This document shows positions 23,998 to 34,296 of a stretch of 64,000 nucleotides of DNA, piece after piece (position 1 is the stretch's first letter; the number at the start of each line of letters is the position of its first letter). The translations under genes and the position numbers were made by a program. This stretch comes from Chlorobiota bacterium (GTDB taxonomy: Bacteria; Bacteroidota; Ignavibacteria; OLB7). The notes below the pieces were generated by a model. That model worked only from the letters and a program-made list of their open reading frames with translations, was not told where the DNA came from and ran no database searches. The stretch is taken from contig CAVQEG010000001.1 in the NCBI GenBank assembly GCA_963711465.1, forward strand, positions 1,241,699-1,305,698, written 5' to 3'.

Positions 23998-26787
23998 CTA
24001 CCGCACGACCATCATGCGCCTCGTTGCGGTGGCACTGCGGCTTCTGATGCGCAGCACATACGCGCCCGGGCGAATATCCGCGAGGTCGAGCGCCAGCCGC
24101 GTCCGCCCACCCGTGCCGACGAGCGATCGCCTCGAGGCGATCGCGCCGCGCTCGTCCACCAGTTCGAGCGTTACCGCTTCGTTCGTCGGCGCCAGCAGGT
24201 CGATCGTCGCGCGATCACGGGCCGGGTTCGGCTGCACCGATTCGATCGATAGTTCCGTCCCCGCAATCTGCCGCCGCTCGACCGCCAGCACCGGAATCGA
24301 TGTCGAGAATACACCCGCCCCATGTGTCCCGACTGCCACGAACCCGTCGGACTGCCGCGCGTCGATCATGTCGACGACCTCATTGCCGATCGACGTCGAT
24401 CCCTCCCATTCCCAGAACGTATTCATCCCATCGAGTTTCGATGTCGAGTACAGTCCCGTGCTCGTTCCCACCAGCCACAGCGTTCCATTGGAGCGATGGA
24501 GTATTTGAATCGATCGAACCGACGGCCCGTCACCGGTGCCGTCCGGATGCTGCTCGAGATTGCCGCCGACTGATTCCCACGTGATTCCCCCATCGGTCGT
24601 CGAGAAGAGCGACTGAACGTCGTAATTGGAGAACGCCACCACGATGCGGTCTGCGTCGTCAGGATCGACGGAAATGGAACTGACATATCCATTCGGAAAC
24701 GTCGCCCCTGTGATCTCGCTCGGCGCAGCGTCGGCCGAGGGCTCGTCCAGTCGGAAGAGACGACCCGTGGCGGTTCCGTAATAGAGTCGGTGCGCCGGTG
24801 TCGTCGAGAACGCGACCGAGGAGATGACCACGGTGTCGGGCAGCATCGACGCGGCAAGCCTGTCCCACCCCTCAGTGGCACTCACCGTCCGATCCATTGG
24901 GATCTGCGTAAGATCGCCGTTGTACCACAGCGCATTCCCGATGGGAAGCACCATGGCGTGGCGGTCGTTGGGATCAATTGCAAATGGATTGATGAACAGA
25001 TAATCATCCGCGACCGGACCGGCCGGATCGATCCGCGTCTGCCCCGTTGCCCGCCCCTGCGCATCGAGGGTCACACGGTAGATCCGGCCCAACTGCTTGG
25101 AGACGTACACCGATCTGCCACCATCGGCGAATGCACAATACGCTCCGTCGCTGGAACCCATCTCGGTCCACGGCTGACGTTCATCGGTGCTCGCCGTCAT
25201 CCACGTGCCGTTGTCCTGCATTCCACCAATGATCATCGGGTTGCCAGGCGAATCGTGATCGACGGCAATCGAAAAGAACTGCGTGGTCAGATAGCCGTTC
25301 GCCAGAGCGCTCCAGCGCACCGTATCGGCCAGACAATCATCCGTTCGATGCACACCGCCGTCGCTTCCGGTATACATTACATTCGGATTTCCGGGTTCGA
25401 ATACGAATACGTGCTCATCCGGGTGGTGACCGGGGTAGGAATACCGCTCGATCACGCTCGAATCGCGTTCGAAATTCTCGTACCCGCCGATCCACGACGT
25501 GTGATCGGGAGTGGAAAAGCCGTCGGTGGAACGTATTACATTCGTGCCGCCGAGAAACACGGTGTTTTCATCGACCGGATCAACCGCAATCACCAGATCG
25601 TAGCTCGACTGAGAATTGAAATCTCCCGCCCATCCTCCGTACTGCGGAATGTTGTCGGTGAGATTCTCCCAGACGCCGCCCGTGCCGGAACCATCGCCGG
25701 AACGGTAGGTGTATTTCCAGAGTGAATGCCAGAGGGAATCCCCTCGGTAGTTGAATCCGAGAGAGCCATGACCGGGCGTTTCAGAAACGAAGTAGACGAC
25801 GTTCGGATTCGATTTCGAAATTCCAATTGCCGTGCGATTGTAGTCGGCAGGCCAGTCGGGTGGAGTGATATTGACGAAAGCTCCCGCTCGCGTTCCCCGC
25901 CAGACGCCGGCGGTGCGCCCGTCGGAACTGATGGTGGCGTATACCACGCCGGAATCACCGACGGCGACATCGGTGAAGTAGCCGCTGTAGTATCCCTGGA
26001 TCGACGGACCGCCGACGACGTACGACCAGCGGTTGCCGCCGTCGGTGGATCGCTCGATGGTACCGAACACGGCGGCATAGACGACATCGTGGGCCGTATC
26101 GGAGGGATCGGTCGCGACGCGCCACGAGAGGTCGAAGATGTTGTCGAAGTGCGCGGGATCATCGCCTGCACGACGCGTCAGCGGTACCCATGACAGCCCG
26201 CGATCGGTCGACTTGTAGAGGCCGTCGCCGTAGAAATACGCTCCGGCGCCCGACTCGCTGGCCCCGACCAGTTCCCCGCTCCCGCAGTACCATACGTTGG
26301 TGTGACCGGGCCTCGTATCCTGCGCCAGGCACGTGATCGACGGATCCTGATCGAGTCCTGTGGTGCGTGTCCAGGAATGGCCCTGATCGGTCGAGCGCCA
26401 CATTCGACCGCTGACACCGCCGGCGAGCAGCACGTTGGTGTCGCTCACATCGATGGCGAGTGCGCGCGTACGGCCTCCGATATTCCACGGTCCCCGCTGA
26501 CGCCAGTCATAGTCGAGTATGCCGGCGCGTTTGGAGTCTGAACCAACTGCCGGAATGGTGCGCGCGAAGGCGAGCTCACGTTCACGTGCATCGCGGGGAA
26601 CGCGGCCGGTGCGCGGATCGGCCAGTCGCATGATCTCCCAGGCGACGCGTTCGCGGGAGAACTCCGAGTCTTCGGAGCCGCGCGCCGACGCGGCAGCACC
26701 GGACCGCAGGTGCATGAAGACGACGATTGCGGCGGCGGCCGAAATCGCGCAGGCGATCAGTACGAGAATTCGCAGGCGTGTGGACAT
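23998..26787 (-). CDS. BNR-repeat beta-propeller protein (glycoside-hydrolase/sortilin-like) with T9SS type-A CTD
   Basis: Multiple S/TxDxGxxW BNR motifs (STDQGHSW, STDRGLSW, STDGGNRW, TTDGGITW). The C-terminal 80 aa (…PGAYVLRIRSRSATATRRMMVVR) form a T9SS CTD. An N-terminal signal/TM segment is present. Confidence 0.65.
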   Translation of the reverse strand: MSTRLRILVLIACAISAAAAIVVFMHLRSGAAASARGSEDSEFSRERVAWEIMRLADPRTGRVPRDARERELAFARTIPAVGSDSKRAGILDYDWRQRGPWNIGGRTRALAIDVSDTNVLLAGGVSGRMWRSTDQGHSWTRTTGLDQDPSITCLAQDTRPGHTNVWYCGSGELVGASESGAGAYFYGDGLYKSTDRGLSWVPLTRRAGDDPAHFDNIFDLSWRVATDPSDTAHDVVYAAVFGTIERSTDGGNRWSYVVGGPSIQGYYSGYFTDVAVGDSGVVYATISSDGRTAGVWRGTRAGAFVNITPPDWPADYNRTAIGISKSNPNVVYFVSETPGHGSLGFNYRGDSLWHSLWKYTYRSGDGSGTGGVWENLTDNIPQYGGWAGDFNSQSSYDLVIAVDPVDENTVFLGGTNVIRSTDGFSTPDHTSWIGGYENFERDSSVIERYSYPGHHPDEHVFVFEPGNPNVMYTGSDGGVHRTDDCLADTVRWSALANGYLTTQFFSIAVDHDSPGNPMIIGGMQDNGTWMTASTDERQPWTEMGSSDGAYCAFADGGRSVYVSKQLGRIYRVTLDAQGRATGQTRIDPAGPVADDYLFINPFAIDPNDRHAMVLPIGNALWYNGDLTQIPMDRTVSATEGWDRLAASMLPDTVVISSVAFSTTPAHRLYYGTATGRLFRLDEPSADAAPSEITGATFPNGYVSSISVDPDDADRIVVAFSNYDVQSLFSTTDGGITWESVGGNLEQHPDGTGDGPSVRSIQILHRSNGTLWLVGTSTGLYSTSKLDGMNTFWEWEGSTSIGNEVVDMIDARQSDGFVAVGTHGAGVFSTSIPVLAVERRQIAGTELSIESVQPNPARDRATIDLLAPTNEAVTLELVDERGAIASRRSLVGTGGRTRLALDLADIRPGAYVLRIRSRSATATRRMMVVR

Positions 26788-26858
26788 GGCGGGCGCTAAG
26801 ATTACCGTGCGGGCAGCGGGCGGGTATCACCGGTAGGTCCGACCGGGAAAACGTCGAA

Positions 26859-26910
26859 GTTAGAAATAAAATCGCGGCGTCCGGCAGACTCCGAACGTCG
26901 CGATCTTCGA
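26859..26910 (-). terminator. Probable rho-independent terminator of the mce…accD co-directional gene string
   Basis: Minus-strand GC-rich imperfect hairpin (CGCGACGTTCGG…CCGGACGCCGCG) followed by GATTTTATTTC. Confidence 0.4.
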
Positions 26911-26962
26911 GCGTCCGCCGCCCGCAGCGCGGGCGACGTGAATGGTATTCACCGTCTGAGGA

Positions 26963-27367
26963 TCACTTCGGATTCCTTCTCTGGCAGAGCTCCACCAGCA
27001 CACCGTTGAAACTCGAGGGATGTACGAAGGCGACGAGCATGTCGTGCGCGCCCTCGACGGGCGATTCATTGATCAGCCGCGCGCCATTCCGCTTCAATCG
27101 ATCGAGTTCCGACGCGATATCCTCGACCTCGAATGCGATGTGATGAATTCCTTCACCCCGCTTGTCGAGAAACCTTGCGATCGGCGATCCTTCGCGTGTC
27201 GAGGCCGTCAGCTCGATCACTTGATCGCCGACGCTGTAGGATGCGATGTCGACGCCCTGTGATTCGACCTGTTCGCGATGCGGGTCGGTCTGGCCGAACA
27301 GCGCTCCGTAGTGCTGCATGGCGTCAGCGAGGGATGCAACGGCAATACCGATGTGTGAAATCTTCAT
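26963..27367 (-). CDS. mce: Methylmalonyl-CoA epimerase (VOC/glyoxalase fold)
   Basis: MKISHIGIAV…GEGIHHIAFEVEDI…LVELCQ. The ATG at 27367 is preferred over the ORF-track start. Confidence 0.7.
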   Translation of the reverse strand: MKISHIGIAVASLADAMQHYGALFGQTDPHREQVESQGVDIASYSVGDQVIELTASTREGSPIARFLDKRGEGIHHIAFEVEDIASELDRLKRNGARLINESPVEGAHDMLVAFVHPSSFNGVLVELCQRRNPK

Positions 27368-27393
27368 TGAGTCGTCAATTCCGGCTCCGGCGT

Positions 27394-28161
27394 TCACGCC
27401 TGACGTTCGGCGTAGACGGCGTTGATGGCTTCGAGCTGTTCGATGGTGTTGATGCCGCTGACTTCGGTGGCGTCGGTGACTTCGCAGGCGGCGACCCTGC
27501 GGCCGTGGTCGCGGAACCAGGCGAAGACGTCGGTCAGGTAGTACTCGCCCTGTGCATTGTCGTTGTCGAGTTCGCCCAGCGCCTCGAGCAGATCGGCGCA
27601 GCGATACACGTAGATGCCGGTGTTGATTTCGTCGATCGCACGTTCGGCGTCGGTGGCATCCTTGTGTTCGACGATGCGGGCGACCGTACCGTCCTCGTTG
27701 CGGATGACGCGGCCGTAGCCCGTCGGATCCGGCATCCTGACGGTGAGGACGGTGGCGACGGCGTCGGCCGAGCGGTGGGTCTCATCGAGCGCCGCTACCG
27801 TCGCGGGGCTGAGCATCGGAACGTCCCCGGAGAGCACGAGCACGTCCCCGTCGAAATCCTCCAGCATCGGCGCGGCCTGCATGACGGCGTGCCCGGTGCC
27901 GAGCTGCTCGGACTGCACGACGCAGTCGACGACCTCACCGAAGGTGCTCAGGAGGTACTCGCGGACCATTTCGCGCTGGTATCCGATGACGACGATGGTG
28001 CGTGCTGCACCCGACTCGAGTGCCAGGGTGACGACGTGTCCGATCATCGGCATATCGCCGACGGGGAACATCACCTTTGCCATCGAGGGATCCTTCATCC
28101 GTGTGCCCTGGCCGGCGGCCATGATCACCACCGCGAGCGGTCGGTCGGTCGACGTTCGCAT
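27394..28161 (-). CDS. Standalone sugar-1-phosphate nucleotidyltransferase domain, closely resembling the N-terminal uridyltransferase half of GlmU (no LbH acetyltransferase half)
   Basis: AVVIMAAGQGTRMKD, QSEQLGTGHAV, IVEHKDATD, EINTGIYV and NDNAQGEYYLTD match GlmU residues 1-250. The protein ends at 255 aa. Confidence 0.65.
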   Translation of the reverse strand: MRTSTDRPLAVVIMAAGQGTRMKDPSMAKVMFPVGDMPMIGHVVTLALESGAARTIVVIGYQREMVREYLLSTFGEVVDCVVQSEQLGTGHAVMQAAPMLEDFDGDVLVLSGDVPMLSPATVAALDETHRSADAVATVLTVRMPDPTGYGRVIRNEDGTVARIVEHKDATDAERAIDEINTGIYVYRCADLLEALGELDNDNAQGEYYLTDVFAWFRDHGRRVAACEVTDATEVSGINTIEQLEAINAVYAERQA

Positions 28162-28167
28162 CCTCGG

Positions 28168-28560
28168 CTACACCTCCACCAGTTCGTGATTCGAGTCGAC
28201 ACCGCGCGAGGTCTTCACGATTCGGTTGTGTTCGTCGACGAGCACGACGGTCGGAGCGTACTCGCGGGCTTCGGCCTCGGTCATCGCGGCGTAGCTGATG
28301 ACGATGATGCGATCGCCGACCTGTCCCTTGCGCGCGGCTGCGCCGTTGAGACAGATGACGCCGCTGCCCGCTTCGCCCTTGATCAGATAGGTCTCGAAGC
28401 GTTCGCCGTTGTTGATGTTGACAACCGCGACCTTCTCGTACTCAAGCAGGTCGGCTGCGGCCATGAGCTGCGCGTCGACGGTGAGACTGCCCTCGTAGTC
28501 GAGTTCGGCCTGTGTGACCGAGGCGCGGTGGATCTTGGATTTGAACATGAAACGGGTCAT
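28168..28560 (-). CDS. panD: Aspartate 1-decarboxylase
   Basis: [25 protein letters not shown]…[27 protein letters not shown] is near-canonical PanD. Confidence 0.9.
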   Translation of the reverse strand: MTRFMFKSKIHRASVTQAELDYEGSLTVDAQLMAAADLLEYEKVAVVNINNGERFETYLIKGEAGSGVICLNGAAARKGQVGDRIIVISYAAMTEAEAREYAPTVVLVDEHNRIVKTSRGVDSNHELVEV

Positions 28561-28590
28561 CGGAGGCCACGTTCGAAAGTGTGTGTGAAA

Positions 28591-29442
28591 TCAAACTTCG
28601 GTTCGCTCGAGCGGAAGGTTGTCGATCAGGCGCGTCGATCCGACGCGAGCAGCGACGATGGCCAGCGGCTCGGTTCCGTCGAGACGGGCCCGCAGGGGAA
28701 CGAACGAATTCGCGTCGACGATATCGATGTAGTCCACCGCGACGGCGGGATCGATCTCCTGCCGCATGCGGCGGAGCACCTCATCGAATTCCTCCCCTCG
28801 CTCGGCCGCATCGCGTCCGGCGAACAGGGCTCGCGAGAGCGAGCGTGCGGCGGTGCGATCGGCGTCGGTCAGATAGACGTTGCGGGAACTGCGGGCCAGT
28901 CCGTCGGCTTCGCGCTCGGTGGGCACCGTGACGATGCGCAGCGGCATGGCCAGGTCCCGAACCATGCGACGAACCACTGCCACCTGCTGTGCATCCTTGC
29001 GACCGAAGAGCGCGACATCGGGTCGAACGACGTTGAACAGCTTGGCGACGACGGTCGTGACACCGCGGAAGTGGGTTGGTCGCGACGCGCCTTCGTAGAT
29101 CCGGCCGAGACCGGTGACCTCGACCCAGGTGGAGAAGTCGTCCGGATAGGTCTCGCCGGTCTCGGGCGTGAACAGCAGGTCGCAGCGCTCTTCGCGCAGC
29201 GCCGCCAGATCGGCATCGATGTCGCGCGGATAGCGCTCGAGGTCCTCTCCGGGCGCAAACTGGGTCGGGTTGACGAATATGGAAGCGACGACGCGGTCGG
29301 CCTCATGATGGGCCTGTCGCAGCAGCGCTCTGTGACCGTCGTGGAGGTATCCCATCGTGGGCACGAACGCGACGGAGCCGCCGTCGGAGCGCAGTTCATC
29401 GACGGCAAGGCGGGTTTCTTCGATGGAGCTGGTCCTGATCAT
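28591..29442 (-). CDS. panC: Pantoate--beta-alanine ligase
   Basis: VPTMGYLHDGH and FGRKDAQQ motifs. Length is 283 aa. Confidence 0.9.
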   Translation of the reverse strand: MIRTSSIEETRLAVDELRSDGGSVAFVPTMGYLHDGHRALLRQAHHEADRVVASIFVNPTQFAPGEDLERYPRDIDADLAALREERCDLLFTPETGETYPDDFSTWVEVTGLGRIYEGASRPTHFRGVTTVVAKLFNVVRPDVALFGRKDAQQVAVVRRMVRDLAMPLRIVTVPTEREADGLARSSRNVYLTDADRTAARSLSRALFAGRDAAERGEEFDEVLRRMRQEIDPAVAVDYIDIVDANSFVPLRARLDGTEPLAIVAARVGSTRLIDNLPLERTEV

Positions 29443-29472
29443 CGCGTCGCTTCGGTGGGGTCCGGCGGGGAT

Positions 29473-30414
29473 TCAGAGTATGCGCTTGCCCATCGCGGAG
29501 GCAACCAGTCCGACGGCGAACTGGGCGCTGCGGTTGACGGTGTCGAGGATCGGGTTGACCTCGGCGACTTCGAGCGAACCGAGCGCTCCGCGTTCGGCGA
29601 TCATCTCCATGACGAGGTGGGCTTCGCGGTAGGTGAGGCCCCCGGATACCGGCGTGCCGACGCCCATGGCGATGCTCGGGTCGACGCTGTCGAGATCGAA
29701 GGAGACGTGGATATGGTCGGTGCGTGCCTGCAGGTAGTCGATGGCCTGTTCGATGACGGGATAGACACCGAGCCGGTCGATGTCGGTCATCGTATAGGTA
29801 ACGATCCCGTGCTCGCGTATCAGGCGGCGTTCGCCAGCATCGACCGACCGGAGTCCGATCATCACGATGTTGGCGGGATCGACCTTGCGGAAGTCTCCTC
29901 CCACGCCGGTGAGCTCCGGCGCGCCGAGTCCGATGGAGGCTGCGACCGGCATACCGTGGATATTCCCCGAGGGCGAGGTACCGGGGATGTTGATGTCGGA
30001 ATGCGCATCGATCCAGATGACGCCGAGGCGTTTCTTCGCCGATCGGCAGTATCCGGAGACGCCGGCGAGGGTACCGATCGCCATGGAGTGATCGCCGCCG
30101 AGCACGAGCGGGAAGCTGCCGGCATTGAGCACGCTCTTGACGCGTCGGGCGAGCGTCCCGCAGGCAGCGGCGATCTGCGGCATGTACTTCAGGTGCGGAT
30201 CGAGGATCGCGAGCACCTCGGGCCGTTTGATATCGATGTCACCCTCATCCTCGACGGTGTAGCCGAGCGCGGTGAGCTTCTTGTCGATATCGGCGATACG
30301 CAGCGCGGAGGGACCCATGTCGACACCGCGGCGATCGGCGCCGAGGTCCATCGGAAATCCAATCAGGTGTACGGCCGGCTTCCTTGAGGCCCGCTTCGTG
30401 GTTGATGTTGCCAT
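29473..30414 (-). CDS. Arginase-family (ureohydrolase) enzyme, most like arginase
   Basis: GGDHSMAIG, IWIDAHSDINIP and SFDLDSVDP Mn-binding motifs, plus TPVSGGLTYREAH. Confidence 0.75.
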   Translation of the reverse strand: MATSTTKRASRKPAVHLIGFPMDLGADRRGVDMGPSALRIADIDKKLTALGYTVEDEGDIDIKRPEVLAILDPHLKYMPQIAAACGTLARRVKSVLNAGSFPLVLGGDHSMAIGTLAGVSGYCRSAKKRLGVIWIDAHSDINIPGTSPSGNIHGMPVAASIGLGAPELTGVGGDFRKVDPANIVMIGLRSVDAGERRLIREHGIVTYTMTDIDRLGVYPVIEQAIDYLQARTDHIHVSFDLDSVDPSIAMGVGTPVSGGLTYREAHLVMEMIAERGALGSLEVAEVNPILDTVNRSAQFAVGLVASAMGKRIL

Positions 30415-30483
30415 GGTCGCGATTGCTCTACGTGCGGGGAATCCGGACCGAGGTCACGGCTGAGTCAGGTTCGAGGCGGGCGT

Positions 30484-31326
30484 TCAGTCGGTCGGCAGCA
30501 GCGCCAGCAGGCGCGCGAGGGTCTGGCGCAGCTGCTTGCGATGCACGATCTGGTCGACGAAGCCATGCTCGAGCAGGAACTCCGAGCGCTGAAATCCGTC
30601 GGGCAGTTTTTTTCGGATGGTCTGTTCGATCACGCGGGGACCGGCGAAGCCGATCAGGGCTTTCGGTTCGGCGAGCGTGACGTCACCGAGCATGGCGAAC
30701 GACGCGGTGACACCACCGGTGGTCGGATCGGTCAGCAGGACGATGTAGGGAATTCCCTCTTTGGCAAGCAGCGCCAGTCGGCCGGAGGTCTTGGCCATCT
30801 GCATGAGCGACAGGGCGGCCTCCTGCATGCGGGCGCCTCCGGAGGCGGTGATCGCCAGCAGTGGAATCCGTTCGGTGCGCGCGGCGTCGACCGCCCGACA
30901 GAATTTCTCCCCCACCACCGATCCCATCGAACCGCCGGCAAAGCTGAAGTCCATTGCTGCCAGCGCGATCATCCGGCCCTCGACGGTGCCGGTGCCGGTG
31001 CGGATCGCGTCGTTGAGCCCGGTGCGCTTGCGGTAGTGCGGTATCCGCTCGGCGTACGGCTTTTCGTCGACGAATCCGAGCGGGTCCGCGGAGATCATGT
31101 CGCGATTGGTTTCGATGAACGAACCCGGATCGAAGATGATCTCGACGTACTGGGCCGAACCGATGCGGAAGTGCTGGTCGCAGTGGGGGCAGGTGTACAG
31201 ATGCTCGTCGAGCTCGCCCTTGTAGAGCATTTCGCCGCACCCGTGGCACTTCATCCACAGGCCGTCAGGGACGTTGCGAACCTCCTGCTCCTCGATATTC
31301 TTCTTGGTACGATTGAACCAGGCCAT
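30484..31326 (-). CDS. accD: Acetyl-CoA carboxylase carboxyltransferase beta subunit
   Basis: N-terminal Zn ribbon CHGCGEMLY…CPHCDQHF, followed by a carboxyltransferase domain. Confidence 0.9.
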   Translation of the reverse strand: MAWFNRTKKNIEEQEVRNVPDGLWMKCHGCGEMLYKGELDEHLYTCPHCDQHFRIGSAQYVEIIFDPGSFIETNRDMISADPLGFVDEKPYAERIPHYRKRTGLNDAIRTGTGTVEGRMIALAAMDFSFAGGSMGSVVGEKFCRAVDAARTERIPLLAITASGGARMQEAALSLMQMAKTSGRLALLAKEGIPYIVLLTDPTTGGVTASFAMLGDVTLAEPKALIGFAGPRVIEQTIRKKLPDGFQRSEFLLEHGFVDQIVHRKQLRQTLARLLALLPTD

Positions 31327-31332
31327 CAGCCA

Positions 31333-32022
31333 CTATTGATCGGTCATGGGGTGCTGGCGCGTTCGCGCCGAGGTAATTCCGCTAATATACAATGGCTCGA
31401 TTTCCTCCGGCCGCACCGCTACACCCTGTGCAACCAGCGCCATTGCCCGCTCTCCGACCGCCCGGGCGCGCAGCTCGCGAGAACCGGAGGCGATCGGATC
31501 AGTCGCGCCGACCTCGAGCAGGTCGATGCCGGGGCCGGCCAGGAGCGTCGACGGCTCGAGCCGGCGCATCGCTTCGGACGGATCGAGCGTCTGCACCGCG
31601 GAGGTGCGTCGGAATGCAGGATCGACGTCGTAGAGGGCGACGTAGACGCCCAGTGAGGCAGCGCCAATCATCGCCGCAACCCGCGAACGACCCGCGGCCC
31701 GCGCTGCTTCGGCAGCATTCCACGCGATTGCATCGAGGGTCGCAACGGGGACGACGCGAACGTCGGTCGCCAGCGCAACGCCGGTGACGAAGCTGATGCC
31801 GATGCGAATGCCGGTGTAGGAGCCGGGTCCCACCGATACCGCGATGGTTTGCAGATCATCGATCGACGCGCCGACGGCATCGAGAGCATCGCGGAACAGT
31901 CCGGCGAGGAGTCGATCGTGCGCACGCTCGAGCTCGACGTGGAATTCGGCGATCAGTCGCTCGTCGTCGAACAACGCGACGCCGCAGGTACGTCCGGTCG
32001 TCTCGATGGCAGCAAGCATGGC
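31333..32022 (-). CDS. tsaB: tRNA threonylcarbamoyladenosine biosynthesis protein TsaB (YeaZ)
   Basis: MLAAIETTGRTCGVAL…VGPGSYTGIRIGIS. The start chosen is the ATG at 32022, and the ORF-track start at 32070 is an alternative. Confidence 0.7.
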   Translation of the reverse strand, partial: AMLAAIETTGRTCGVALFDDERLIAEFHVELERAHDRLLAGLFRDALDAVGASIDDLQTIAVSVGPGSYTGIRIGISFVTGVALATDVRVVPVATLDAIAWNAAEAARAAGRSRVAAMIGAASLGVYVALYDVDPAFRRTSAVQTLDPSEAMRRLEPSTLLAGPGIDLLEVGATDPIASGSRELRARAVGERAMALVAQGVAVRPEEIEPLYISGITSARTRQHPMTDQ

Positions 32023-32130
32023 AGTGCGGGTACGGCGATCCCCCGCGACGGCGGCAGGGGCAGCCGACAAAAAAACGCGACGGGACCGGCTTTCAACCGA
32101 TCCCGCCGTGTGCAGGTGGAAATCAGATTG

Positions 32131-32634
32131 TCATCTGTCGTGGCCGGGTTCCATTCGCCCGTGCGGCGAGACGCCGGCCGGCTCGGGTTCGCGACGAACG
32201 ACCTCGATGCGACGATCGCTGTCGTCGTCGGTGTTGTACATGCAGACGTCGTAACGTCGCGGAGGCAGCACCACGCCGGCGTTTTCGGCCCACTCGATCA
32301 ACTTGATCGAATCGGGGTCGGCGAGTATCTCTTCGAGTCCCAGTTCGACCAGATCATCGGGCGACTCGACGCGGTAGAGGTCGATATGGTTGATCGGCAC
32401 CGCGTCGCCATCGGCGTCGACGCCGTCGTACTGGTTGATGATGGTGAACGTCGGACTGGCAACGATTTCGTGGACGTTCATTCCGCTGCAGATGCCCTTG
32501 ATGAACTCGGTCTTACCGACACCGATGTCGCCGTAGAAGGCGATGACGTCGCCGGGAGAGAGCCGCGAGGAAAAGTCCGCGCCAAGCCGGAACGTCTCCT
32601 CCTCGCTCGAAGTCGAGTATATCTCAATGTTCAT
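32131..32634 (-). CDS. tsaE: tRNA threonylcarbamoyladenosine biosynthesis ATPase TsaE (YjeE)
   Basis: Walker A YGDIGVGKTEFIKG and an SPTF motif. Confidence 0.7.
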   Translation of the reverse strand: MNIEIYSTSSEEETFRLGADFSSRLSPGDVIAFYGDIGVGKTEFIKGICSGMNVHEIVASPTFTIINQYDGVDADGDAVPINHIDLYRVESPDDLVELGLEEILADPDSIKLIEWAENAGVVLPPRRYDVCMYNTDDDSDRRIEVVRREPEPAGVSPHGRMEPGHDR

Positions 32635-32715
32635 AACGGTCCCATACTCGTCGACCGATTGTCGCGAACGCCCGACGGAGGCGGGAGAAACGGCCGCCGC
32701 CGCCTGCGCACCGGA

Positions 32716-34296
32716 TCACGATCCGGCGCTCCGGGGTTTGAGCGTCACGACGGGGAGTATCATTTCCTCGAGCGAGATACCACCGTGCTGGAAGCTGTCA
32801 CGGTAGTGATTGAGGTAATAATGATACTCGGTCGGGTAGACGAAGTAGTAGTCCTCCTTGGATATCACATACTCGGTCATCATGCCGCGTTTCGGCAGCC
32901 GGAAGCGCTCCGGATCGCGGACATGAACGGCATACTTGCCGTCGACCTTCACATTCCGTCCATACTTGTAGCGCAGGTTCGTCGACGTCTCCCGATCGCC
33001 CAGCACCTTCGCTCCGCGCATGCAGCGAATCGCGCCGTGATCGGTGGTGACGATGATCTGCGCGTCCTTGACCGAGGAGAGCGCCCGGAGCATTCCGTAG
33101 AGACTGGAGTGTTCGAACCAGCTGCGGGTCAGCGACCGGTAGGCCGATTCGTCGGGGGCGATCTCCTTGAGGATCGGATAGTCCGACCGTGAGTGCGCCA
33201 TCATGTCCACCGCGTTGACGACCACGGCCGTCAGCGGCGACTGCGTGTAGCTCATGATCTCCGACTCGATCTTCCGACCGAAGTCGGTGTCGATGATCTT
33301 CACATAGCGGAGGCCGCTGCGCAGCTTGACGCGGCGGCGCTCCAGAAGCTTCTCCAGCAGCTCCTTCTCGTACTTGTTCTGCGAATGGTCGTCGTCGTTG
33401 CGACCCTGCCACAGCTCCGGGTAGTTCGCTTCGATTTCCGAGGGAAACAGTCCCGAGAAGATCGCGTTGCGCGAGTACGGCGTCGCCGTCGGCAGGATTC
33501 CGTAGTAGTAGTCCTTCGTCACCGAATACATGCCGCTGAGCAGTTCCTCGAAGACCATCCACTGGTCGAGCCGCATGCAGTCGACGACGAACAGGAAGAC
33601 GGGGCCTGCGTCGGCCTTGATCTTCGGAATCACGTACTCGTTGACGATGTCGACGCTGAGCAGCGGCCGATCGGTCGTCTTCGCGTCGAGCCACCGTTCG
33701 TAGTTGTCCTCGATGAACCGGGCGAATTCAGAGTTCGCGTCCCGCTTCTGGTCAGCCAGGGTCTGTTCCAGACCGAGATCGCGGTGCCGATCGAATTCCA
33801 GCTCCCATCCGGTGAGCTTCACATACAGTGCGATCCACTCCTCCCAGTCCATCGGGTTCATCAGCTGAATCGCCATCTGGCTGAACTCGCGTGTATAGTC
33901 GCGCGAGACCAGATCGGCCTCCAGGCGCTTGCCCTCGAGGAACTTCTTGCAGGCCAGCAGAATCTGCGTCGGGTTGACCGGCTTGGTGAGGTAGTCGGAG
34001 ATGCGGCGGCCGATCGCCTCCTCCATCACCGTCTCGGCCTCGTTCTTGGTCACCATCACCACCGGCACCGAGGCGTCGATCTCCTTGATGCCGCTGAGCG
34101 TCTCCAGTCCGCCCATGCCGACCATCGATTCGTCGAGGAACACGAGGTCGAACGGCCGTTGACGGACCAGCGCCAGCGCGTCCTCGCCGTTGGTGACCGT
34201 CTCGACGTCGTAGCCCTTGGCCTGTAGAAACTTGATGTGCGGTCGAAGCAGATCGATTTCGTCGTCGACCCAGAGAATGGTGCGAGAGTTTGCCAT
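32716..34296 (-). CDS. porX: PorX-type response regulator (CheY-like receiver + PglZ/alkaline-phosphatase-like domain), T9SS regulator
   Basis: Receiver domain ILWVDDEIDLL…FDLVFLDESM…YLTKPV is followed by a ~400-aa PglZ-like domain (VVDCMRLDQW…TTDHG). The ATG at 34296 gives 527 aa, PorX-sized. No histidine kinase lies adjacent. Confidence 0.7.
   Translation of the reverse strand: MANSRTILWVDDEIDLLRPHIKFLQAKGYDVETVTNGEDALALVRQRPFDLVFLDESMVGMGGLETLSGIKEIDASVPVVMVTKNEAETVMEEAIGRRISDYLTKPVNPTQILLACKKFLEGKRLEADLVSRDYTREFSQMAIQLMNPMDWEEWIALYVKLTGWELEFDRHRDLGLEQTLADQKRDANSEFARFIEDNYERWLDAKTTDRPLLSVDIVNEYVIPKIKADAGPVFLFVVDCMRLDQWMVFEELLSGMYSVTKDYYYGILPTATPYSRNAIFSGLFPSEIEANYPELWQGRNDDDHSQNKYEKELLEKLLERRRVKLRSGLRYVKIIDTDFGRKIESEIMSYTQSPLTAVVVNAVDMMAHSRSDYPILKEIAPDESAYRSLTRSWFEHSSLYGMLRALSSVKDAQIIVTTDHGAIRCMRGAKVLGDRETSTNLRYKYGRNVKVDGKYAVHVRDPERFRLPKRGMMTEYVISKEDYYFVYPTEYHYYLNHYRDSFQHGGISLEEMILPVVTLKPRSAGS

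Noticed and set aside
27133-30387. 1084-aa plus-strand ORF spanning mce, glmU-like, panD, panC and arginase on the opposite strand
   Set aside because: It is antisense to five well-supported genes. Its Arg/Gly/Asp-rich, low-complexity translation is typical of open antisense frames in ~67% GC DNA.
30541-34227. Chain of long plus-strand ORFs (30541-31656, 31849-33192, 33193-34227)
   Set aside because: Antisense to accD, tsaB, tsaE and porX.
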